Positions 50,665 through 60,189 of a stretch of DNA of 64,000 nt are shown here, piece by piece. How positions within the stretch are numbered: position 1 is the first letter of the stretch; every line of letters begins with the position of its first letter. The notes beneath the pieces were generated by a model. That model ran no database searches. It was not told where the DNA came from and saw nothing but the letters and a program-made list of their open reading frames with translations. Made by a program: the position numbers and the translations under genes. Origin of the DNA: a virus; the IMG/VR virus record IMGVR_UViG_3300024294_000597; one strand, given 5' to 3'.

Positions 50665-50693
50665 ATAATACATTAAGTGACTACGAAAGTCAA
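50665..50693 (-). promoter_or_regulatory. sigma70-type promoter TTGACT-N17-TATTAT for the polB operon
   Basis: Directly readable. Confidence 0.6.
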
Positions 50694-50696
50694 TAG

Positions 50697-52496
50697 TTAT
50701 TTTCGTTTTTTTCCATGTGAACCGCAACTTGCGTCCATTAGTTTCTGTGCTACTACATCGATTTTTGCAAAGTCTGAGTCAGTTAGGTCAGACATTTTCT
50801 TTGGATTAGATTTTAGTTTGATGTTCTTACCACCAACTGAGATAGAGTCACCAGCTTTCTTACCTTGCTTAGCCGCTTTATCTAGTTCTTTGTAGAATTC
50901 ATTGTACTCTGACATTGCAAGTCTAGCCGAATTGTTAACAATTCTGTCTGCTACATCGTCTGCATTGAATACTTTTTTCTTACTTGTTGGGACAGCACCA
51001 CCACTAACACCAGATAGTTTGTTTTGCATACCAATTGCCGCCGCTTTCGCAACACCACCGATACCTTTACCTACTGCTTTTGTGATTGGTGAATTCTTTA
51101 CTGCTTTGCCAACTGCGATACCCTTTTCAATGCCTCTAGCTGTTTTAATTGCTGTTTTCTTATCCATTCCTGCTTTAGCCGCCATACCTACGCCTACTTT
51201 AGCAAGTGTGCCTAATTTGCCCTCTTTAAGTGAGGACATAGCAAAGTCGGCAATCTTTAACATACCAGCTTTAGTTTTTAGCATGTTGTCAATTTTTTCT
51301 TTGTTAGCATCGTTAACTTTATCATAAACTTGTGTAACAGCCGATGCAGTAAATAAATCTACTTTCATCTGGCCATCATCAAATTTAACAGGCATATTTT
51401 GTTTGTCTGCTACGATTTTCTTTAGAGTATCCATTGCACCTTCTTCAATCATTGCTGATTCTTCTACTGCCAAATGTGCATCGATACCAGCAGTTGATTT
51501 CATCTTCCAATGTTCAGCCGCCTTTTTAGCCGCTCCGTATGAGGTAGTCGCATGACATTCGTGTTTGCCTTTTTTAGCATGTACACAAATGTATGGTTTT
51601 TCATCTGCTTCTGAAACTGATTCATTTGCGTGACCAAGTTCTGCCATTCTTTTAGCAACAATATCTCTAACGTCTTTGTTACCTTGTTCTTGTGCTTCGG
51701 CCATATCATCTAATAATTCATCATCAAACACAAAAGACATAACCATATCAGTTGTTTCGTCATTTGCTTCACGTGGTTCATCCATGAATTCATTATATTT
51801 TGAAACTGCCTCAGCATATTCTTCTTCTGGTTGACCATCATATTTCATTAGTCCGCCAATCATAGTACCTTCTTTGATACCTGATGCTTTGGCTTCTGCA
51901 TTAAGTGATGCTATTCTACGCATAAGTTCTGCTTTTAATTCTGGGTCTTTGCTTGTCTCAGGGTCCAACTGAATGTCTTGTAATGCTTTTCTTTTTGCAT
52001 CGTAATCATCTTGGGTGAGCGACCCTGCTGATTCTTCCATGCTTTCTTCTGCGTCTGGCTTGTTGGCCATCACTGCATCATAGTCTGCCATTTCTTCATC
52101 GTTTGGCATTTCCTCTGCACCTGGAACATTCATGTCCATACCGCTCATTTCACCATCTTCTGGTTCTTCGGGAGACATATCAGGCGCCATGTCCATGTCG
52201 CTTGGTGCTTCTGGATCCATCGATGGGATTTCACCAGGCATATCCATAGCCGGAGCCTGGTCATTACCTAATTCTAGTGTATGCATACGAGCCGCTAGAC
52301 TATCAGACATACGTTCATATGCCTCATAAGACTTATTATGCTGTTGTGAAAATGTTAAGGCTAAATCATGAACCGCATCACGGGCATTCTTTCCACCTTC
52401 TAATTCTGTTTTGAGTTGTTCCGTACCACGGTTTAAGTAATCTTCAAACTCATCGTTGTTGATTACAAAACTCTCTGTTAATTGTGTAAGTTTCAT
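50697..52496 (-). CDS. Acidic modular protein, probable internal head protein
   Basis: MKLTQLTE N-terminus, M/P/D/E-rich linker, repeated xxE-[SAG] sites, late operon. Confidence 0.55.
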   Translation of the reverse strand: MKLTQLTESFVINNDEFEDYLNRGTEQLKTELEGGKNARDAVHDLALTFSQQHNKSYEAYERMSDSLAARMHTLELGNDQAPAMDMPGEIPSMDPEAPSDMDMAPDMSPEEPEDGEMSGMDMNVPGAEEMPNDEEMADYDAVMANKPDAEESMEESAGSLTQDDYDAKRKALQDIQLDPETSKDPELKAELMRRIASLNAEAKASGIKEGTMIGGLMKYDGQPEEEYAEAVSKYNEFMDEPREANDETTDMVMSFVFDDELLDDMAEAQEQGNKDVRDIVAKRMAELGHANESVSEADEKPYICVHAKKGKHECHATTSYGAAKKAAEHWKMKSTAGIDAHLAVEESAMIEEGAMDTLKKIVADKQNMPVKFDDGQMKVDLFTASAVTQVYDKVNDANKEKIDNMLKTKAGMLKIADFAMSSLKEGKLGTLAKVGVGMAAKAGMDKKTAIKTARGIEKGIAVGKAVKNSPITKAVGKGIGGVAKAAAIGMQNKLSGVSGGAVPTSKKKVFNADDVADRIVNNSARLAMSEYNEFYKELDKAAKQGKKAGDSISVGGKNIKLKSNPKKMSDLTDSDFAKIDVVAQKLMDASCGSHGKKRK

Positions 52497-52726
52497 TATT
52501 TTGCTCTCTTAATCATTGGACTCTTGACAGGCTTATTGTAAACTAAATTACCTACATTAGCAGAAAAACCCATCTTATAGTTCTTTTGTTTCTTACCAGG
52601 TGTCAAATACCCATATGGGTCTACTGCCTTTTTGGCATCCTTAGCTTTCGTACCCGGTGTCATTGGCATAGCCACACCTGCAAACGCTCCACTAAAATTT
52701 TCACCTAATAATTCTGTTAATTTCAT
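52496..52726 (-). CDS. Small basic protein, probable internal head protein
   Basis: MKLTELLGE start 5 nt after late motif ATAAATA (52732-52738). Confidence 0.55.
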   Translation of the reverse strand: MKLTELLGENFSGAFAGVAMPMTPGTKAKDAKKAVDPYGYLTPGKKQKNYKMGFSANVGNLVYNKPVKSPMIKRAK

Positions 52727-52750
52727 ATTACTATTTATCAAATTAATTAA

Positions 52751-54073
52751 TTAATTGGAATTTACTAGTTCATTGAAGTGTGGGAAGCACTCTGAATATG
52801 AGATTTTGCGTCTATCTTCTAATATTTTAAACTGTTTTTGTGCTATTAGCTTAGTTTCTACTGGCACTTCGCTTTCTACTAGTGATTTCATTGTCTTCAT
52901 TAATCTAATATATCTTTGTTTTTTATAGAAATTACCAGACATATTCTGAAAATATTCTATTTGTTCTTCTATTGCATCTGCATGATGTGGCTCTAATGAA
53001 TCTACTGCTAAATGCACTGGATTATCTACCCAATTCTGATGCATTAATATTGTCTTATCGTATTCATACTTATTTATTTTATCATTAAGGTACACTAAAA
53101 AATCTTTGAAGTAGGGAAGACTTAAACTATTGTGGGCGCAACCAAAACCAATAATTAGATTATCAATATCCTTTGATTTCTCAAAAAATAAATCTAAGTT
53201 TTCATCCCATTTATTAAAATCTAATCCCCACCTAATCAATTCACTCTGCTTATTTAATGCTTCACCTGATAGTTGCATTTCGTAACGTATATTTGGAGTT
53301 CTATGTACTAGTTCAATAAATTTATCGAATTTCTTTTTAGGGAAGTTTAAATTTGTTGTAACAGTGATTACTACTATTTGTCCTTCAGTGTGAGTGTCAT
53401 TGATGTTTACCATAAATTCTTCAATAAACTTAAACATATGGTCAGTAAAAAACGGCTCTCCGCCTAGTAAACTAAAGTTAACATGTCCTTGTCCTACTAA
53501 TTTCTTATCCCAATAATCATTTAAAATATTCAGTGTCTTATCAAACATTGCATCATCTGTATCTGGAAAACGCTGACCTACTTCTTTTTGCCAACGAGTA
53601 CTAGAACCAGCCCAACAATATACACACGCCATGTTGCATTTATTTGTTAATTCTATTTCAATAAACTTGAAGTTGTCACGTTCCATCATATCTCTATGAA
53701 ATTGTTTAGCCATGTTTGGATGATTGCCAGCTTTTTGTAAACGCATTCTCCACGGATAATCGTAATTACTGTTATATGATGTTCTAACACTCTCTCCGCC
53801 TGCATCTTCTGTTCTCCAACAACCTGAACAATCTGTACTGCGGGTGCCTCCACTTAATTCATACTTTCGTTGTTGTAGTATAGGATGATTAAATAAAAAA
53901 TCTTCGGTAAGCGTATCTATGTCAAATGTTAGTTCTTTCATTTGCTCAGGCGTATGTTGTGTTTTACAACACCACTTTACTGTTCTTTGAGGTAAGGATA
54001 TTATAATGTCGTTCCAGTTTTTGAAACACATTGTATTTTTTAAATTATGAAGATTTGGATTTAGTTCATTCAT
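52751..54073 (-). CDS. Radical SAM enzyme (type A-like)
   Basis: C..W..CC..CSGC, CNMACVYC, LGGEP. Confidence 0.9.
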   Translation of the reverse strand: MNELNPNLHNLKNTMCFKNWNDIIISLPQRTVKWCCKTQHTPEQMKELTFDIDTLTEDFLFNHPILQQRKYELSGGTRSTDCSGCWRTEDAGGESVRTSYNSNYDYPWRMRLQKAGNHPNMAKQFHRDMMERDNFKFIEIELTNKCNMACVYCWAGSSTRWQKEVGQRFPDTDDAMFDKTLNILNDYWDKKLVGQGHVNFSLLGGEPFFTDHMFKFIEEFMVNINDTHTEGQIVVITVTTNLNFPKKKFDKFIELVHRTPNIRYEMQLSGEALNKQSELIRWGLDFNKWDENLDLFFEKSKDIDNLIIGFGCAHNSLSLPYFKDFLVYLNDKINKYEYDKTILMHQNWVDNPVHLAVDSLEPHHADAIEEQIEYFQNMSGNFYKKQRYIRLMKTMKSLVESEVPVETKLIAQKQFKILEDRRKISYSECFPHFNELVNSN

Positions 54074-57000
54074 TTTTTCTTTGTACGCAGTAGCTTTTTA
54101 GGTTTCCCATCCTTGTCTACGTCATTACCAAACTTTTTAGCTTGTTTAGTAATTTCATTGGGTCCTACATCAACTGTGGTATTTATACCTGGTACGACAC
54201 GCCCTACGCCTGCCGCCTCTTTAACATCTTTTCTACTGAATACTTTTTTAATTGCTTGTACTGTATTGGCTGTAGTCGTTGTGTGATGTTTAATTGCGAT
54301 ACCACCTGCTGATTGCCATCCTTTGACATTCTTACCAAAATCATCAATTAACAAGTTCGGTGTACCGTCTTGCTTAGTTGCATATTTTGATTTGTTATGG
54401 TCAATGATAACTTGCTCTGGTTTAAAGAAGTTTAAATGTTTTCTCACCCACTCTCTTTTACCAGGATCCACGTTTGGATCGTTTGCAAGAGGGGAACTTA
54501 ATATTTTATATTTGCCTTTTGTGGCTTTAATTGTGTTGAGCAGTTCTTTATGACCTGCTAGTGTTGGCAAATCTTCCCAGAAGTTTGGAGTATTAACAAT
54601 CTTCTTAAGTGCTTTGCCTATTTGCTCTTTTGGTATGTCTCTGTATGATTTGACATTCATAATTCTAGCCCACTCATTAAAGAAATCAACCAATACGCCA
54701 TCCATATCCACATATACATCAGGAGTATTATCTTCTAATAGTCTTTCGAAATCTTCATCTAATGATTTTTTATTCATCCAATTATCATACTTGCTTTCAG
54801 CCCAATTTGCAACCTTTTTCGTATCTGTTTTTACCCATGGTCCTCGATGCATGAATTTTGCTGAGATAGATACTTGTTTACCGAACAGTTCTTTTGGATG
54901 AAGTATGGATATATGATAAAGTCTCTTGTCATTATCAACACCTGTGACTTCAACTTCAATTTGTTCATACTTCTTACCAGCAAACTTGACATTATGTCCT
55001 GTCATAAACTTGCCTACTGCTTCTAATACTATGGTTTCTTTAACTGGAACTTTATTTAACAAGTCTTCCTTGCTTAGTTTGTAGTTAGATTTCATCCACT
55101 CATCTTTTAAATCAGCAATCATCTTACCAAGATTAGGACCAGCTACATAACCTCTTGCTAGTAAGTCTTTACCATTGATTGGGAAGTCTGGTTGTTCAAA
55201 TCCGTGTACTGCATCATATACATCATTCTTGCCATGCATGTTTGCCCATGCAAGTAAATGATCCTGTGAGGCACCATTGATAATCATATCTTGTGCTTGT
55301 TTTGGATTGATGTTTTCACCTTTGTGCTTGATTAAGAAGTCAAACATTTCTCTATCGTAATTGCTCATCTTCCAATCTCTTGCAATACCACTACTGTCCA
55401 GCATTCTTGCAAGGGCAATAATAGGTCCTGTAGGCTCACCTAGTTTAGCTGGATTGATACCTTCAAGTCCAATCTTACTTGATACGCCTGTCTTGTTCAT
55501 CCATTCAAGTGCTTCTTTGGCACTCGAACCCATTAACAATTTGCTCATTTCTTGCCAAATTCTTTCAACAGATAAACCTGTCATGCCATCTGCATTATCT
55601 TTGATTGCATTTAATGTGACATCGTCCCACTTTGGACTATCTAACTTAGATTGAAATCTAAAGTATCTTAAGATACGCAAATAATCTTCTTTAATTCTTT
55701 CTTCTGGATCCCCTACGAACCTACTTACTTTATCTTGCAAGTCGTCCATACCACCATTGTAATCATGTACTGTACCGTCAATGTCCATTGACATTGCGTT
55801 GTATGTTAAGTCTCTACGTTTGGCATCTTCTTCCCATGAACGTACAAATTCTACATCAGCATGTCTACCATCAGTATTTGTATCTGCACGTAGAGTTGTT
55901 ATTTCAAAATCTTCACCATCGATAACCGCAGTTATTGTACCATGCTCTATGCCTGTAGGAATGTGTCTGATACCTTCTTTGTCAAGCATAGCAATCATTT
56001 CATCCGGTGTAGCATCTGTGGCAAAGTCAATATCTTTTGGCTCTTTACCTAATGCAATATCTCTTACAGCGCCACCTACTATTCTGACTTCATATTGATT
56101 CTTTTTAAATACTTTATCTAGCTTACGAATAGCCTGGGTAATGATAGGTTTGACGTTCAATGCTTCTTCTCTTAATGCTGATAACATAGTGTTCAGTGCT
56201 TCATTAACTCTTTCGTTTGTTTGTGGATAACGGATCATTGTTTCTCTAAAACGAAAGTCTTTGTTGCGACCTTTGTTTGGTACAAAACCAAAACGCTTGT
56301 AAAACTTAATCAGTCTATTCTTATTCCCACCAAATGCATCATCTGGTGTTAGTGCAATAATGGCGCCTTCTCTATCCATTCTATCAACGATATTTTGCAT
56401 TTCTTTGGTCCCTTGACCAGCATTGCGTTCATCGCCTGATACTTCAATCTTAGATAGTACATAACCTTTTTTAGCATCGCCATGTAACGATACTTCAACT
56501 TCTTCGCCTACGTAGGCTTTGACTGTTTTAATACCTTGTGCCTTGTATGCTTGAAGTCTATGGTTGCCATCTAATAGATATCCATCGTTGCCTATTACCA
56601 TTGGGGGGAATTGAGATGTGTCTGCTTTTTTATATTTTTCAACATTTGCCTGACTCATTCCATCGCTCTTTACTGCTGTTGGTATCTTATCAACTTGTAC
56701 GTCTTTTAGTTTAAACCCTTTATGAGATAGAACAAACTTTGACCAGTCTGAGTTTGGATCCATTGCGCCCGTATGTGTGCCTTGCATTTCTTTTGATAGT
56801 TTTGTCAACATTTGTTGTGATGATATTACTGAATTAGCAAGTTTAACTTCTTCTTCGACTTGAGAATTTGCTATTGCTTTAAGTTCATCAGGTAACATAT
56901 TGATAGCTTCTTTTCGTAGACTAGCTTTTCCATTTTTCATAACTCTTAACAGGTCAGCCTTTTCTGCATGGTAAACTTTAGCAAACTTAGGATCGTTCTT

Positions 57001-57813
57001 GCCGATATCTCTGCCATTGCTTATCAAATCGGCATATTTAACTGTTTGTGCTTCTGCACTAACACCTGCAAGTTTATCTCTGTCTATGCCTTTGCGTACT
57101 TTTCTATTACCGTCTTCTGGTTTACTTACATCAGTAAGTTCAACAACTAGTTTTGCAATCTGAGGACCAAATTCTCTTGTTACATCTGCTGGTGTAACAC
57201 TTGTATCTTCTACTGTATCATGCAACAAAGCGGCACACTGTTGATTCACAGAACCACCTGCCTGTTTAACGATATTTCTCACTTCATCTAAGTGTACATA
57301 GTATGGTTCACCAGTGTACTTTCTCTTGTGGTCTTTGTGAGCCTCTTGAGCAAATTGTTCTGCCTTTGCTATGATATCCATTGATTCGTCCTCTGTGTAG
57401 ATATCTTTGAAGTATACACTAGGAAACTTTAATGTCAAGGATAAAAGTTCATGAACATCAACATTTGCACGTAAAATATTAATATCTCTACCTGTATTCA
57501 AAGCGGCCAACCACCGATGATGTCCATCTATAATCCAACTGTCACTACTTGCTAGTAGAGGTTTTGGGTTCTGGCCGTCATATTTTTTGTTCTTTGTAAG
57601 TTGTCTTTCAACACCTTGGTCTGAAAATTCTTTTTGTATTGGTTTTAAATCTTTTGCACTTACGACTTGTGAAGTTAGAGTTACGCCGTTCTTTTTAAGA
57701 TAAGATTTATATTCGTCATAGTCTGTAGATTTCACTTGAGGCATTTTGTCCCTTGTGATACCCATAGTATCTTCTGGTTTAGGCTTCTCTATTTTGAATT
57801 CAGCTAGGCGCAT
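54070..57813 (-). CDS. Multi-enzyme protein: ParB-like, RelA/SpoT-type HD hydrolase, ParB-like, GNAT, CCA-adding tRNA nucleotidyltransferase, unknown, HAD 5'(3')-nucleotidase
   Basis: IIDGHHRW; HxxxxRK..GEPY..H and ALLHDTVED...KYADLISN; LLDGNHRL; RNAGQG...FYKRFGF; VGGAVRD, DIDFAT, DAKRRDLTYNAM, EDYLRILRYFRF; YVDMDGVLVDF, LIDD. Confidence 0.88.
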   Translation of the reverse strand: MRLAEFKIEKPKPEDTMGITRDKMPQVKSTDYDEYKSYLKKNGVTLTSQVVSAKDLKPIQKEFSDQGVERQLTKNKKYDGQNPKPLLASSDSWIIDGHHRWLAALNTGRDINILRANVDVHELLSLTLKFPSVYFKDIYTEDESMDIIAKAEQFAQEAHKDHKRKYTGEPYYVHLDEVRNIVKQAGGSVNQQCAALLHDTVEDTSVTPADVTREFGPQIAKLVVELTDVSKPEDGNRKVRKGIDRDKLAGVSAEAQTVKYADLISNGRDIGKNDPKFAKVYHAEKADLLRVMKNGKASLRKEAINMLPDELKAIANSQVEEEVKLANSVISSQQMLTKLSKEMQGTHTGAMDPNSDWSKFVLSHKGFKLKDVQVDKIPTAVKSDGMSQANVEKYKKADTSQFPPMVIGNDGYLLDGNHRLQAYKAQGIKTVKAYVGEEVEVSLHGDAKKGYVLSKIEVSGDERNAGQGTKEMQNIVDRMDREGAIIALTPDDAFGGNKNRLIKFYKRFGFVPNKGRNKDFRFRETMIRYPQTNERVNEALNTMLSALREEALNVKPIITQAIRKLDKVFKKNQYEVRIVGGAVRDIALGKEPKDIDFATDATPDEMIAMLDKEGIRHIPTGIEHGTITAVIDGEDFEITTLRADTNTDGRHADVEFVRSWEEDAKRRDLTYNAMSMDIDGTVHDYNGGMDDLQDKVSRFVGDPEERIKEDYLRILRYFRFQSKLDSPKWDDVTLNAIKDNADGMTGLSVERIWQEMSKLLMGSSAKEALEWMNKTGVSSKIGLEGINPAKLGEPTGPIIALARMLDSSGIARDWKMSNYDREMFDFLIKHKGENINPKQAQDMIINGASQDHLLAWANMHGKNDVYDAVHGFEQPDFPINGKDLLARGYVAGPNLGKMIADLKDEWMKSNYKLSKEDLLNKVPVKETIVLEAVGKFMTGHNVKFAGKKYEQIEVEVTGVDNDKRLYHISILHPKELFGKQVSISAKFMHRGPWVKTDTKKVANWAESKYDNWMNKKSLDEDFERLLEDNTPDVYVDMDGVLVDFFNEWARIMNVKSYRDIPKEQIGKALKKIVNTPNFWEDLPTLAGHKELLNTIKATKGKYKILSSPLANDPNVDPGKREWVRKHLNFFKPEQVIIDHNKSKYATKQDGTPNLLIDDFGKNVKGWQSAGGIAIKHHTTTTANTVQAIKKVFSRKDVKEAAGVGRVVPGINTTVDVGPNEITKQAKKFGNDVDKDGKPKKLLRTKKK

Positions 57814-57824
57814 TTAAAACAATC

Positions 57825-58964
57825 CTAATTTTTAATATTTCTATCTAAGCTGGCTAAATTTGCGTTTGCATTTTTGCCAAAGTTACTCTTGTTTAATTGC
57901 ATTTTATTTACAATTTTCTTGAAGCCTTCTTTAGTTCTTAGATATTGTTTAATGATTTCTTTTTGTTCTGGTCTTGCAATATCATGATACGCCATTGTAA
58001 ATCTTTTCGCAAGTTCAGGTGTAACTTTAATTTCTTCATTATCTTTAAATTTAATTGGAAAAGGCATATTATCTGCACGTGCGGCTAAGTTATCTAATAC
58101 TCTCAAAGGATCAGATTGTTTAACAGGCTGACCTTTATTATATTCTACGATTAGATAAAAATCATCTTCGTTAGATTCGTGTATCTTATTATATACGTCT
58201 GCAAGTTCTCTTGCATTTATTCCATGCATGGTACGAGAAATATCAAATGCGTATCCACTTACACTTTGTCTGTTGCCTTTAGAAGTCACAAGCCTATGTA
58301 ATGCATCTAGGGCCGCCTTCATATATCTTTCTGGTACATTTAATATAGCTTTATCAGGATGACTAAAATCTTCTGGTAAGGCATAATCTGCAATATTCTG
58401 TCCTAGTCTTTTTGTTTTTTGTTGTAAACTACGTAACTTCTTAATACCTTTACCAGTTGTAATTGCAACCTTAAACATACCTTTAAGTACATCAACTGTT
58501 GTCTTTGCCAACACAGCCATAATAATTAATTCTGCTAACGGAGGGACTGAACCAAAATCTTCACTAACATCTACAGTGGACTCTACTGGAAATTCTTTGT
58601 TTGATGTTTTGAAGTTCTTTTTACGCATGACAGTTTTTGCAACTAAGTCTAGTTCTTCGTTGTCTCTGTCCCATTTCAATACAAAAGGAATATTGATATC
58701 ACTTTCTAAGTCTTTCATCACTGCCTCAGCATCAGGACCCATCTGTGCAATTGGTTTACCCCAACGCTTGTATTCTTTTTTAAACAAATTTACCAACTCA
58801 GGCATAGTGATTTGTTGACCATTACGGTCATCGTTTGCTCTATCGATAAAGTGTCTAGTGAATTCTACATCGATGTTGAGACTAGAAAACAAATTATCTA
58901 ATGCTTTTTCTAAAGCATTTAATTGAGTGTTAGTTATTGGTTGTTCTACTTCATCTAATCTCAT
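57825..58964 (-). CDS. Modular hypothetical protein, probable internal head protein
   Basis: MRLDEVE start; FTRHFIDR...KTVMRK domain (RelE/BECR-like look); C-terminal domain shared with 50697..52496. Confidence 0.55.
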   Translation of the reverse strand: MRLDEVEQPITNTQLNALEKALDNLFSSLNIDVEFTRHFIDRANDDRNGQQITMPELVNLFKKEYKRWGKPIAQMGPDAEAVMKDLESDINIPFVLKWDRDNEELDLVAKTVMRKKNFKTSNKEFPVESTVDVSEDFGSVPPLAELIIMAVLAKTTVDVLKGMFKVAITTGKGIKKLRSLQQKTKRLGQNIADYALPEDFSHPDKAILNVPERYMKAALDALHRLVTSKGNRQSVSGYAFDISRTMHGINARELADVYNKIHESNEDDFYLIVEYNKGQPVKQSDPLRVLDNLAARADNMPFPIKFKDNEEIKVTPELAKRFTMAYHDIARPEQKEIIKQYLRTKEGFKKIVNKMQLNKSNFGKNANANLASLDRNIKN

Positions 58965-58965
58965 T

Positions 58966-60087
58966 TTATTTTCCCTTTTGTGACTTCAAAACTTGTATTT
59001 CTTTTTGCAATACTTCTATTGCTTTAGTAAGTCTTGCCAATTCTTTTTCTTGTTTATAGTCAGCTTTGTCGCCGTCTCTTTCATTCTTTTCTACGTCTGC
59101 CAATAAAGCCGATAACACATTGTCTGCCTGCGGATATTTAGTTTTCAACTGAACCAATGCTCTTGCAGTTTTAGGGTCAAACCCTTTTAACAAATCTTCT
59201 GATTTTTCTTTTTCTTTAACAGGAGTTGGTTCATTCCTACGTTGATTAACTTTGGAAGGATCCATACCTAATTCAGATGCTTTACGATATTTTGCCATTG
59301 TTTTGAGTGCGTATGCTTTCTTTCTGGCTCGTCTTGCCATTGCAGGCGATAATGCTTCACCCATATCCTGCATTAGTTGTGCTTCCATAAGAGACTCATA
59401 CAACGAATGCTCTTCCCAATTTTCATTTGTAATTCCTTTTTGTAATTTATTTTGAAATAATTGCATTACATCTTTTGGAATATTAGGATTGCCATATAAA
59501 TCTTGTAAAATCTGTTCTAGTGTTGACTCGTCTGCCTTCGCAATCATGTCACGAATTTGGGTAGCACTATTAATTGCCTGTCCTCTTATTTCGAACTTAA
59601 ACGTAGGTACTGTAGTAATATATGAATGGTCACGCAATGGTTTAGCATTCTCAATCCCAGGCCATTTTTGCATATGAGCAGGTTGTCCTTTTTTAGCACC
59701 TCTAGTTAATAGAGCCATACCAGTGTCTGGGAAGTTAAATCTAGGGTCTTCTGCCATATCTTTCTCTGATACTGCATAAACTATTACGGTCTTATCTGGG
59801 TCAAATCTGTCTGTAATCTCTGTAGCAACATAAGGAACTTTACATTGAACGATAGAATTAGGGTCTACACCAGCTAATTGCATCATCTTTTTCTTCTCTT
59901 GGAATGTAAAGGGAGACTTATGATTATCCGTTTTATCAGAAGATGCAATAAATACTTGTGCACCTTTATATTGTTGTTTTAGATACTTGAATACTTTCCC
60001 ATGTCCAATGTGAAATGGGTGAAATCTTCCTGGATATATTACAACAAGATTGCTGTTTTCGTTCTCAAATAAGTCGTATAATCTCAT
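58966..60087 (-). CDS. HIGH-motif nucleotidyltransferase (cytidylyltransferase/NMNAT-like)
   Basis: YPGRFHPFHIGH, SPFTFQEK, INSATQIR; MRLYDLFE start. Confidence 0.8.
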   Translation of the reverse strand: MRLYDLFENENSNLVVIYPGRFHPFHIGHGKVFKYLKQQYKGAQVFIASSDKTDNHKSPFTFQEKKKMMQLAGVDPNSIVQCKVPYVATEITDRFDPDKTVIVYAVSEKDMAEDPRFNFPDTGMALLTRGAKKGQPAHMQKWPGIENAKPLRDHSYITTVPTFKFEIRGQAINSATQIRDMIAKADESTLEQILQDLYGNPNIPKDVMQLFQNKLQKGITNENWEEHSLYESLMEAQLMQDMGEALSPAMARRARKKAYALKTMAKYRKASELGMDPSKVNQRRNEPTPVKEKEKSEDLLKGFDPKTARALVQLKTKYPQADNVLSALLADVEKNERDGDKADYKQEKELARLTKAIEVLQKEIQVLKSQKGK

Positions 60088-60117
60088 GTTTTTCTACCTA
60101 TAATTAACTGCTATGTG

Positions 60118-60124
60118 TATTTAT
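60118..60124 (-). promoter_or_regulatory. Putative late promoter ATAAATA heading the M-[RK]-L gene block
   Basis: Intergenic, just downstream of a terminator. Confidence 0.55.
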
Positions 60125-60133
60125 CTTTATTAT

Positions 60134-60160
60134 AAAAAAAGACCCACTCAGAAGTGGGCC
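60134..60160 (-). terminator. Rho-independent terminator of the early small-gene block
   Basis: GGCCCACT-TCTG-AGTGGGTC-TTTTTTT. Confidence 0.8.
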
Positions 60161-60189
60161 AGTTAGTTCACAATATGAACAAGGAGACT

